Virus record (IMG/VR): IMGVR_UViG_3300022538_000960
Location: 1-64,000 of that record
From: a virus
DNA length: 64,000 nucleotides
Direction: 5' to 3' (one strand)
This document shows positions 1-6,616 of the stretch, in pieces. Positions within the stretch are counted from its first letter, which is position 1. Each line of letters begins with the position of its first letter. The notes under the pieces are model-generated. The model was not told where the DNA came from. It saw only the letters and a list, made by a program, of their open reading frames with translations, and made no database searches. The position numbers were made by a program, and so were the translations under genes.

Positions 1-48
1 GGACCCCTTCCCCAGCCCATCTCCCCTACCTTATTCTCCAACAACGAC

Positions 49-339
49 TTACGCACTGGGAAGTGCCCTCCTCAGCATACCTATATGGAGGGAATTCATC
101 CATTGCTTCAGCGTCCCGTCCTTCTTCCTATATGGTCGTACGGGCCCGTCCACCCTGATGAAGTCGCCCTTCCTGACTGAACTAAATAGTGAAGATACAC
201 TGATAAATTCGGTCATGCCCTTGTGATGAATTCCTATGTCGAAGACATAGAACGACTTACCGGATGCCCCGGTCCTCTTCTGGGGATCCTGGCATACATT
301 TCCAACGATGTAACTGTACGTGGGACATTGATCTTTCAT
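49..339 (-). CDS. Single-stranded DNA-binding (SSB-like OB-fold) protein without an acidic C-terminal tail
   Basis: IVGNVCQDPQKR..SGK..F.I...TEFI.V...VRKGDFIRVDG.V..Y.KKDG follows the SSB pattern. Start moved to ATG 339, behind AGGAGAAGG. Confidence 0.7.
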   Translation of the reverse strand: MKDQCPTYSYIVGNVCQDPQKRTGASGKSFYVFDIGIHHKGMTEFISVSSLFSSVRKGDFIRVDGPVRPYRKKDGTLKQWMNSLHIGMLRRALPSA

Positions 340-409
340 ATCCTTCTCCTTTCTGGAAATGCCAATATGCCATTTCCGGGAAAATCGTATCACCCCTTGA
401 CACAATGGG

Positions 410-850
410 TTACACGGAATTCCCTTGGTTTCTCCTATTTATTTTGCCACTCCTATGGCGATTGGTAATTAATTCACAGTAGTCGAGGAATTCATTGAGA
501 GTCCTACGGCCCTTGATTGTGTTACATTCATGACAAATTATGGCAATGTTGTTCTTATCAATGAACCTCTCGTTATCTAGCCGGTCAATGGTTGGGCTAT
601 TAGGCATAGTCCTTCCTTTACCCGGTGACCAATCAAGCTTGCACTTGCATAGATAACAATGATTCACGGATTTGATGATATCCGTAAGTTCATCAATTGT
701 TATCCGCATTTCGATTCCTCTCCTACGATGGGATCCAATTGTGCCTTGGGCCCAGGCTGTTCTTGGATGCGCCCGCTTCCATTTCCGACCGTATACTGTA
801 CTCTTTGCTGGCACAACTTTCCCATCAATTCTCTCAATCCTTCGTTTCAA
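410..850 (-). CDS. HNH/EndoVII-like endonuclease (family A, copy 1)
   Basis: CYLCKC...SPTIDRLDN...NIAIICHECNTIK; TTG start behind AGAAAGGAGG; paralogous to 9392 and 29537. Confidence 0.8.
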   Translation of the reverse strand: MKRRIERIDGKVVPAKSTVYGRKWKRAHPRTAWAQGTIGSHRRRGIEMRITIDELTDIIKSVNHCYLCKCKLDWSPGKGRTMPNSPTIDRLDNERFIDKNNIAIICHECNTIKGRRTLNEFLDYCELITNRHRSGKINRRNQGNSV

Positions 851-864
851 ACTATCCTCCTTTC

Positions 865-1006
865 TGATCTGAACTCTGATTTCAGAGTCATTGGCCCCTC
901 CCGGCCATCCCTCCCTTGGGAGGGGAGGGGATGGGTGTCGTATACAGGAGCGTATACGAATATCACTCGGTGGCAGGGGATTTGGTGGGTTTGGTGGCAG
1001 GGGCCA
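865..1006. other. GC-rich multi-hairpin / G-tract non-coding element
   Basis: Stems ACTCTG/CAGAGT, TGGCCCCT(892-899)/AGGGGCCA(999-1006), CCATCCC/GGGATGG and TCGTATAC/GTATACGA; four G-tracts at 918-935. Confidence 0.6.
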
Positions 1007-1288
1007 TCATACCCCAAGTAGATATCTTCGAGATTCTTCCACATCTTTGAATTCAATCCCCAGCTCCTTCAGAATCTCCACGCATCTACTATGAATATTC
1101 ACTCTCCATTGATCCAAGTCATTGAATTCTATGATGATAGGATCATTATACAGATCCCCATCAGAGAGCCACTCCTTCAGCTCAGGATATCTGATCTCCA
1201 TCTCCTCAATAGTCCTACAGACCCTCTTATATCCGGCTGTAGCAACTTGAAGATGCATCTCCAGAGTATCCCTATCCTTCCTGGTCAT
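1007..1288 (-). CDS. Hypothetical protein (93 aa)
   Basis: ATG 1288 behind GAAGGAG; ATGA overlap with the upstream small ORF. Confidence 0.7.
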   Translation of the reverse strand: MTRKDRDTLEMHLQVATAGYKRVCRTIEEMEIRYPELKEWLSDGDLYNDPIIIEFNDLDQWRVNIHSRCVEILKELGIEFKDVEESRRYLLGV

Positions 1289-1416
1289 GATCTCCTTCCT
1301 TTCACTTGAATTACTATGCACTCCTTGCAGAACTTCATAACTCCTAATGGAGTATTGACTTTGACAAGATCCTTCTCATCAAACTTCTTCATGCAAGTGC
1401 TACGTACGTCTTTCAT
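1285..1416 (-). CDS. Small hypothetical protein (43 aa, CxxC), not in ORF track
   Basis: AAAGGAGGTGAA then ATG; MKDVRSTCMKKFDEKDLVKVNTPLGVMKFCKECIVIQVKGRRS. Confidence 0.65.
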   Translation of the reverse strand: MKDVRSTCMKKFDEKDLVKVNTPLGVMKFCKECIVIQVKGRRS

Positions 1417-1421
1417 ACAAT

Positions 1422-1910
1422 TCACCTCCTTTCATATGTTTTCAAACATTTCGCCTTCTTTTCCATGAACTTATCTTTGATGTCCATCCACAATCCTTTT
1501 CTCCGTAATACTTCCTCCGCTATCTTCCACGCTTGGACTTCATCCTCAAATATGAGACCAACACCAAATCCATACTTCCTTGCTATCCTCTGCAGATGAT
1601 TCAGAATAGGATGGCGTCGTCCATATATTTGATGTCCCACCTCATGAGCAGCAATAATCATTGCTAATATCTTGCAGTCTGTCCGGATGGCAATCCATAG
1701 TTTCGACCCACTGAGTCCCTGATTTTCACCCAGATTATATAAATCAATGATATGCCTTGAAGCTTCCTCATCCTGAGTTAGCCTCCTCGCAATCCCTGGC
1801 TCAACAAGGTATTTTGTGGTGCCCTCACAACAGACAGCATCCACTGGAAATCCAGCGATGACCTTCTTAATAGCATCCTTAACATCCCTCCTAGCAGATC
1901 CAGTTATCAT
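1422..1910 (-). CDS. Zincin-like metallopeptidase domain protein
   Basis: HEVGH (HExxH) plus a downstream EDEVQAW third-ligand helix; SD AGGAGGTGA. Confidence 0.7.
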   Translation of the reverse strand: MITGSARRDVKDAIKKVIAGFPVDAVCCEGTTKYLVEPGIARRLTQDEEASRHIIDLYNLGENQGLSGSKLWIAIRTDCKILAMIIAAHEVGHQIYGRRHPILNHLQRIARKYGFGVGLIFEDEVQAWKIAEEVLRRKGLWMDIKDKFMEKKAKCLKTYERR

Positions 1911-1938
1911 CTATTTCACCTCCTCCTGTCTGTGATGC

Positions 1939-1969
1939 CGCTCAGTGCCCCTAGGAGCTCCACTGAGCG
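1939..1969. promoter_or_regulatory. Intergenic 9-bp perfect inverted repeat
   Basis: CGCTCAGTG(1939-1947)/CACTGAGCG(1961-1969); no U-tract. Confidence 0.45.
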
Positions 1970-1977
1970 ACGATCTC

Positions 1978-2301
1978 TTATTCATTGACTCTGAATCGGC
2001 TGAATACAGGCCAGCGGTCAACGGTTCCTTCGACCTCCCGGTCCTCGGTCTCAATCCAGACCCGAGTCAGTCCACTCACATCCCTGGCATATCCAATCAG
2101 ATCAAATTCTCCCGATATGATCTGACCATGATGCTCAATTCTGGTAATCCCTGGAATGACAACCTTCTGCATATGATTCTTAGCAAAGTTATTATCATTC
2201 CGGACGTGTCCTTCCCAGATTGCTGTGCCAGAGTCTATACGGATGGCATGATGACCCCGACTGTCCAGGGTCTTGCCATCCTGAATGAGTCTATTGCACA
2301 T
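1978..2301 (-). CDS. Miniature SRAP/YedK(HMCES)-like protein
   Basis: ATG 2301 behind AAAGGAGGTGAA gives N-terminal MCNR; W-x-G-x-x-R, VVIP..E and a C-terminal DRWPV. Confidence 0.5.
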   Translation of the reverse strand: MCNRLIQDGKTLDSRGHHAIRIDSGTAIWEGHVRNDNNFAKNHMQKVVIPGITRIEHHGQIISGEFDLIGYARDVSGLTRVWIETEDREVEGTVDRWPVFSRFRVNE

Positions 2302-2419
2302 ATTCACCTCCTTTCCTTTTGGTCAATTCCTCCCTTTCCTGCTCCTTGGTCGCCACCTCCAGTTCTTCAATCTTACTCAGATCGATGATCCGTTGGGCGT
2401 CCCTATCTATGAGCGGCAT
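2291..2419 (-). CDS. Small hypothetical protein (42 aa), not in ORF track
   Basis: AAGGAGGT SD then ATG; MPLIDRDAQRIIDLSKIEELEVATKEQEREELTKRKGGEYVQ. Confidence 0.6.
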   Translation of the reverse strand: MPLIDRDAQRIIDLSKIEELEVATKEQEREELTKRKGGEYVQ

Positions 2420-2439
2420 CTTACCTCCTTACTGCGACA

Positions 2440-2619
2440 TTATGAATAGGTTCTCTCTTCCTTCCGGAAGAATCCAATGATCCAGATGCCGGTCCGCAGT
2501 GCAAGACACACTGCAATGATCAGCATCCAATGATCTACAACAGCATACATGGCTTTCTCAATGGTATACCAATTGAATATACCATGGAGAATAGTTACAA
2601 GTTCTTCTGCTGCTCCCAT
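2440..2619 (-). CDS. Small membrane protein (59 aa), not in ORF track
   Basis: TTGAAAGGAGGTGAA SD; hydrophobic WMLIIAVCLALRTGIWIIGFF. Confidence 0.65.
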   Translation of the reverse strand: MGAAEELVTILHGIFNWYTIEKAMYAVVDHWMLIIAVCLALRTGIWIIGFFRKEERTYS

Positions 2620-2915
2620 ACTTCACCTCCTTTCAACGTCAACCTTAGTTGATTCTTCGTTCCTGTCTTCCGGAGAGACCGTATCTCATTAGCTACCATG
2701 GTCTTCATTCCACGTCCGATGAGAGGCTCCCCGATACATAGGACCCAGGTTCCAGGCTCCAGATCCGACCTGTCAGTAAATACCCTGACATAGTGGGATT
2801 CCTTGCCTCTTTTGGTTATGATCTGGATATAGGGCATATTCTTCCCATCCAGAACTCCAACCTGCTGTCCTCCAACTACCCCTCCAAAGAGGGAGATCCT
2901 ATTTGTGAACATCAT
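2595..2915 (-). CDS. Divergent OB-fold (SSB/PriB-like) protein
   Basis: NRISLFGGV...HYVRVF....LEPGTWVLCIGEP...MVANEI resembles the SSB beta-strand pattern; SD GAAAGGAGG. Confidence 0.45.
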   Translation of the reverse strand: MMFTNRISLFGGVVGGQQVGVLDGKNMPYIQIITKRGKESHYVRVFTDRSDLEPGTWVLCIGEPLIGRGMKTMVANEIRSLRKTGTKNQLRLTLKGGEVWEQQKNL

Positions 2916-2924
2916 ATCCTCCTT

Positions 2925-3053
2925 TCAGTTATAGATATAAGTATTGTTGATTGGATATGCCATGTCATGCATGATCTCGCCCTTCTCCAACCTCATCTTC
3001 CCATAGTTAAGACAGAATACGAAGATGAGGAACGGCGGTGATTTCCAATACAT
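2925..3053 (-). CDS. Small hypothetical protein (42 aa), not in ORF track
   Basis: TAAGGAG SD then ATG; MYWKSPPFLIFVFCLNYGK... Confidence 0.5.
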   Translation of the reverse strand: MYWKSPPFLIFVFCLNYGKMRLEKGEIMHDMAYPINNTYIYN

Positions 3054-3077
3054 CAGATCTCCTTAAGTTAGAAGGTT

Positions 3078-3131
3078 GCCATCCTATGGCTACTCTAGTT
3101 TACACTCTTAAGAAGAGGCCATCCTATGGCC
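3078..3131 (-). repeat. Two copies of the hairpin motif GCCAT-AGG-ATGGC
   Basis: gccatcctatggc at 3078-3090 and 3118-3130, both intergenic. Confidence 0.8.
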
Positions 3132-3141
3132 AATTTGATAA

Positions 3142-3351
3142 CTACTCACCATCAACATTCGGCTCAATCCTCGACTCAATCCTGGTATTGACGTTGTTCA
3201 ATACCTTGTGAGTCAGAGTCAAGCTCTTGAGAGTCAAGCGATTGGCTCTCGATGTCACTGCATGAGAAGCAGACATCACTGCCTTCTCAATCTTCGGCTG
3301 ATTCTCGTCACAGAAATCAGCAGCTTTCCTGATAAGGTTTCCTAACTGCAC
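3142..3351 (-). CDS. Hypothetical protein (69 aa)
   Basis: GTG start behind TTGAAAGGTGGTGA. Confidence 0.65.
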   Translation of the reverse strand: MQLGNLIRKAADFCDENQPKIEKAVMSASHAVTSRANRLTLKSLTLTHKVLNNVNTRIESRIEPNVDGE

Positions 3352-3393
3352 CTATATCACCACCTTTCAATATGTTACAGGTTCATGATTACA

Positions 3394-3507
3394 CTACTCC
3401 TTCCACATCCAAAGGAGCAGCATTGCCATTACTGCACATACCAATATCCAATCCACATCGCGTAGCACTATGTGTAGGTTGGATACCAGTAACCATATGT
3501 TACTCAT
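3394..3507 (-). CDS. Small membrane peptide (37 aa), not in ORF track
   Basis: TTGAAAGGAGGTGAA SD; MSNIWLLVSNLHIVLRDVDWILVCAVMAMLLLWMWKE. Confidence 0.6.
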   Translation of the reverse strand: MSNIWLLVSNLHIVLRDVDWILVCAVMAMLLLWMWKE

Positions 3508-3545
3508 CTACTTCACCTCCTTTCAATAGCATAGATGATTACATC

Positions 3546-3716
3546 CTATTTCTTAGGATCGATATCATCCAGATGTAAGATCGTATCAATCCCATTTCTT
3601 ACGGCCAGTAAAGCTTTCCTTCCTATCGGATCAACTACGTGATTCATGAATCCGCAATAATAATCAATAAGCTTATTCACTTTACTGACCACATTGGATT
3701 TCAATGTCTTTTCCAT
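3546..3716 (-). CDS. Small hypothetical protein (56 aa), not in ORF track
   Basis: TTGAAAGGAGGTGAA SD; MEKTLKSNVVSKVNKLIDYYCGF... Confidence 0.65.
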   Translation of the reverse strand: MEKTLKSNVVSKVNKLIDYYCGFMNHVVDPIGRKALLAVRNGIDTILHLDDIDPKK

Positions 3717-3747
3717 CTAATTCACCTCCTTTCAACATGATAATGGA

Positions 3748-3900
3748 TTATATCTTGGTAGCAAGATAACACACTATTGCAGCACCTACTGTGAAGTAGG
3801 GATGCCTTATAGCATAAAGTATTATATTAAAACTAAACTTTATGATATAATAGATAGCAACAGCGACGAACATCGGTATCCGATATATCATCTTCAACAT
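3748..3900 (-). CDS. Small membrane protein (50 aa), not in ORF track
   Basis: GGAAGGAGGTGG SD; two hydrophobic segments. Confidence 0.6.
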   Translation of the reverse strand: MLKMIYRIPMFVAVAIYYIIKFSFNIILYAIRHPYFTVGAAIVCYLATKI

Positions 3901-4050
3901 CCCATCCACCTCCTTCCAACAGTATAAGGTTTATATTTAGACGTCGGGCATGAAACGAAATTCTCAATTCCTCTCTATATACATCCTGGACGTCAAATTA
4001 TCCATCCTCATTTCTGATCCCTACGCGCGAAAATATTGTGGAAGATTTTT

Positions 4051-4123
4051 TCGTCAAATCGGAGATTTTGAACTATAACATATGTAGGAAATAAATTGTG
4101 TCAGGATGGATTTGAACTATAAC
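4051..4123 (+). promoter_or_regulatory. Tandem putative promoters (TTTGAACTATAAC x2) at the strand switch
   Basis: Motif at 4067-4079 and 4111-4123; TCGTCA lies 17 bp upstream of the first TATAAC. Confidence 0.6.
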
Positions 4124-4202
4124 ATAAATATACGAGTGGAGGGCACAGCCACACCTGACGACTATGCCCTGGAAGAAAAAAAGAGGAAGGGGGTGAAAAG
4201 AG

Positions 4203-4403
4203 ATGAACGTTTGGATCATAAAACACTTTCCCGTAACCGGGGAAGCCATAGTGGTTGACAAGTGGTTCGGAGATGCCCTTGATACCGCTGCATCAAAAGA
4301 TTCAGCTGACGGTCGGGTTCATGCTATAGCTATGGAAGGAAAAGAGAAACAGATGCTGGATATGGCACGGGAGCTGGAGAAAGAAGAGCAGAAGAACAAT
4401 TAA
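4203..4403 (+). CDS. Hypothetical protein (66 aa)
   Basis: SD AGGGGGTGA; first rightward ORF. Confidence 0.65.
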   Translation: MNVWIIKHFPVTGEAIVVDKWFGDALDTAASKDSADGRVHAIAMEGKEKQMLDMARELEKEEQKNN

Positions 4404-4428
4404 CCCATTAATTTGAACAGGAGATTCT

Positions 4429-4569
4429 ATGTCTGACAAAAAGTCCGTTCTTGGAAGGCTGTGGAATGGTATTCGTAATGTTGGGATGGTTGTAGCTATC
4501 CCCGTAAATCTCCTTTGTCACTTTGGGAAGTATGTGTTTAGTAAAGACTTTTGGAAGGATGGAATATGA
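4429..4569 (+). CDS. Small hypothetical protein (46 aa), not in ORF track
   Basis: AGGAG SD; its TGA overlaps the protease ATG (ATGA). Confidence 0.55.
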   Translation: MSDKKSVLGRLWNGIRNVGMVVAIPVNLLCHFGKYVFSKDFWKDGI

Positions 4570-5573
4570 ACCTAGAAAATGTAAAGGCTTTGGGGTTGGT
4601 TGACCTCCGCGACCTGTATACCGAAGACTTATTGACCCGGTCTGGTGTGGTGGGCGTTGGAATAGGAACCAAAAAAACGAAGGGGATCGACACCAACAAG
4701 CTCGCAATAATAGTATATGTGAAGAAGAAGCTAAAACTTGTTGATCTCAATGATAGAGATAAGATTCCTAATATATTAAATTCCCGATGGGTTGCCTTCC
4801 CTACGGATGTCGTCCAGGTTGGTGAATTTCGGGCCCTATCTAGGACAGACAGGGTTCGCCCATGTCCTGGAGGCATGAGCATAGGACATCATAAGATAAC
4901 CGCCGGGACCTTTGGATTCGTGGTGAAAGACACGGATAGCGGCACAAAGCTGATCCTGAGTAATAATCACGTCCTGGCAAATTCTAATGATGCCATGGTT
5001 GGTGACGCCATTCTACAACCGGGGCCCTATGATGGTGGGATCCTAAGTGACAAGATAGCCGGGCTCCTAAGATTTATCCCTATACAATTTGCCGAGGATA
5101 CCTGCCCGATGACCAATATTTATATCTGGCTCGGGAATCTCTTTGCAAGGCTGTCCAGGAGTAAGAGTCGGCTCTATGCCAAGAGGCAGATTGAGAACTA
5201 CGTTGATTGCGCGGTTGCCGTTCCGGATCCTGATGATGTTCTTCCTACAATTTTGGAGATAGGAGAAGTGGCGGGAATAAATGAGGATGTTTCTGTCGGG
5301 ACGAAACTTAAGAAATCTGGAAGGACCACAGAACTTACCTTCGGCCACGTCCAATCAATAGGAACGACCGTGATGGTAAATTATGGCGGGAAAAATGCCT
5401 TATTCGTTGATCAAATAATCTCTGATGTGGGATCCGATGGGGGTGATTCCGGGTCGGCAATCCTGGATGACGATAATAAATTTGTAGCTCTCTTATTCGC
5501 TGGTGGAGAAGGGACTACCATAGGGAATCGGGCCAGGTTGGTCATGGATTCTTTGAATATCTCGATTTTATGA
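4566..5573 (+). CDS. Trypsin-like (PA clan, Nal1-like) serine protease
   Basis: ILSNNHV (His), VDCAVA (Asp), GGDSGS (Ser), KSGRTT, and an N-terminal pro-like domain. Confidence 0.85.
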   Translation: MNLENVKALGLVDLRDLYTEDLLTRSGVVGVGIGTKKTKGIDTNKLAIIVYVKKKLKLVDLNDRDKIPNILNSRWVAFPTDVVQVGEFRALSRTDRVRPCPGGMSIGHHKITAGTFGFVVKDTDSGTKLILSNNHVLANSNDAMVGDAILQPGPYDGGILSDKIAGLLRFIPIQFAEDTCPMTNIYIWLGNLFARLSRSKSRLYAKRQIENYVDCAVAVPDPDDVLPTILEIGEVAGINEDVSVGTKLKKSGRTTELTFGHVQSIGTTVMVNYGGKNALFVDQIISDVGSDGGDSGSAILDDDNKFVALLFAGGEGTTIGNRARLVMDSLNISIL

Positions 5574-5616
5574 CAAAAATCTTCGACTGGCGAGAGAATA
5601 AGGCCGAATAGGAGGA

Positions 5617-5904
5617 ATGATGATATTTCGTTGGGCCAAGGATCACTTCTTTACCAAGTCCCTGGAATTCGATAAGCTCTATCATTTCGTAGGTGGAGGT
5701 TGGTGGTTCGCAATATTATTTATCATAGGCACCCCCACATTATGGTGTCTTCTTGGTTCATCCTTCTTTTCCCTCCTATGGGAAATCAAGGATGGATTGA
5801 AGCATAATTTTATATCTTCTGAATCAAAAGAAGGATTCAGCTGGAAGGATCTCCTTTGTGGTATCCTGGGTGCAGTCTTATTTTTCATAATCAACCTACT
5901 ATAG
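5617..5904 (+). CDS. Membrane protein (VanZ/YfiM-like motifs)
   Basis: DKLYHF...WEIKD...FSWKDL with three hydrophobic helices. Confidence 0.55.
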   Translation: MMIFRWAKDHFFTKSLEFDKLYHFVGGGWWFAILFIIGTPTLWCLLGSSFFSLLWEIKDGLKHNFISSESKEGFSWKDLLCGILGAVLFFIINLL

Positions 5905-5916
5905 AAAGGAGGGAAA

Positions 5917-6075
5917 ATGTTCGTATGGACTGATAGGAATTGGCAACTGAGGCCAATTTCGAATTGTGCGAAGGGATGCTGAATTCTGGCCATAGGATGG
6001 CTGCATTTAAAGGGAGAAAAAATGAAAGTGACAATTTTAGATCGGTTTAAGTTTCTCATTTTTAACAAACTGTAG
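5917..6075 (+). pseudogene. Small ORF with an in-frame TGA at 5980-5982
   Basis: Strong SD AGAAAGGAGG; the frame continues past TGA to TAG 6073. Confidence 0.35.
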
Positions 6076-6095
6076 TACTCTTGGCTGGAGGAAGT

Positions 6096-6404
6096 ATGTT
6101 TGGAGAGATCTTCGTATTAACAGCTGCTCAGACATTCATCATGGCATTTGTCATAGGCACCGCTGCATTCATCATCACGAAATCCAAATTATTCGAGAAT
6201 TTTCGTGACCAAATTACCCACCCATTTTTCAAAAAACTTATAAATTGCCCTTATTGCCTCAGCTTTTGGCTGGCGGCACTGTGGATAGGACTCTATTTCT
6301 TCGAAATCTTCCTGGCACTGGCATTGTTGATATTTCTGATTGGAGGCCTAGGTGGCATCGCTGCAATCCTGATCACATGGATATGTAAGAAGGCAGATCT
6401 ATGA
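6096..6404 (+). CDS. DUF1360-like membrane protein
   Basis: LFENFR...LINCPYCLSFW motif with TM helices. Confidence 0.65.
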   Translation: MFGEIFVLTAAQTFIMAFVIGTAAFIITKSKLFENFRDQITHPFFKKLINCPYCLSFWLAALWIGLYFFEIFLALALLIFLIGGLGGIAAILITWICKKADL

Positions 6405-6414
6405 GAAAATACAA

Positions 6415-6615
6415 ATGAAAAAACTCTTCAGAGACATACTGACATCAGATGGAAAGAAGATAAGCCTAGGAAGAGTATCATTCTGCATCGCTTTCATTAT
6501 ATCTATGATAATGTATGTCCTCAATGGTGTCATTTCCGCATCCATGATCACCCTCTTGGGATTACTACTTGGGTATGGAACATTATCGAAGGTTCCAGGA
6601 ATTAAAAGGGGATAA
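6415..6615 (+). CDS. Two-TM membrane protein, holin-like
   Basis: DG.KISLGR followed by two TM helices and a basic tail. Confidence 0.5.
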   Translation: MKKLFRDILTSDGKKISLGRVSFCIAFIISMIMYVLNGVISASMITLLGLLLGYGTLSKVPGIKRG

Positions 6616-6616
6616 T

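Noticed and set aside
847-1094. ORFs 847-1056(-) and 891-1094(+)
   Set aside because: They have no SD, low-complexity translations, and overlap a structured GC-rich element and a better-supported gene.
223-3578. Plus-strand ORFs in the left region
   Set aside because: They are antisense shadows of SD-supported minus-strand genes.
4067-4126. Possible mini-CRISPR or solitary repeat (TTTGAACTATAACATA x2, loosely like some type I-B repeats)
   Set aside because: Only 16 nt are shared and the period is 44 nt, too short for a repeat plus spacer. The same core recurs singly at promoter positions with -35 boxes.
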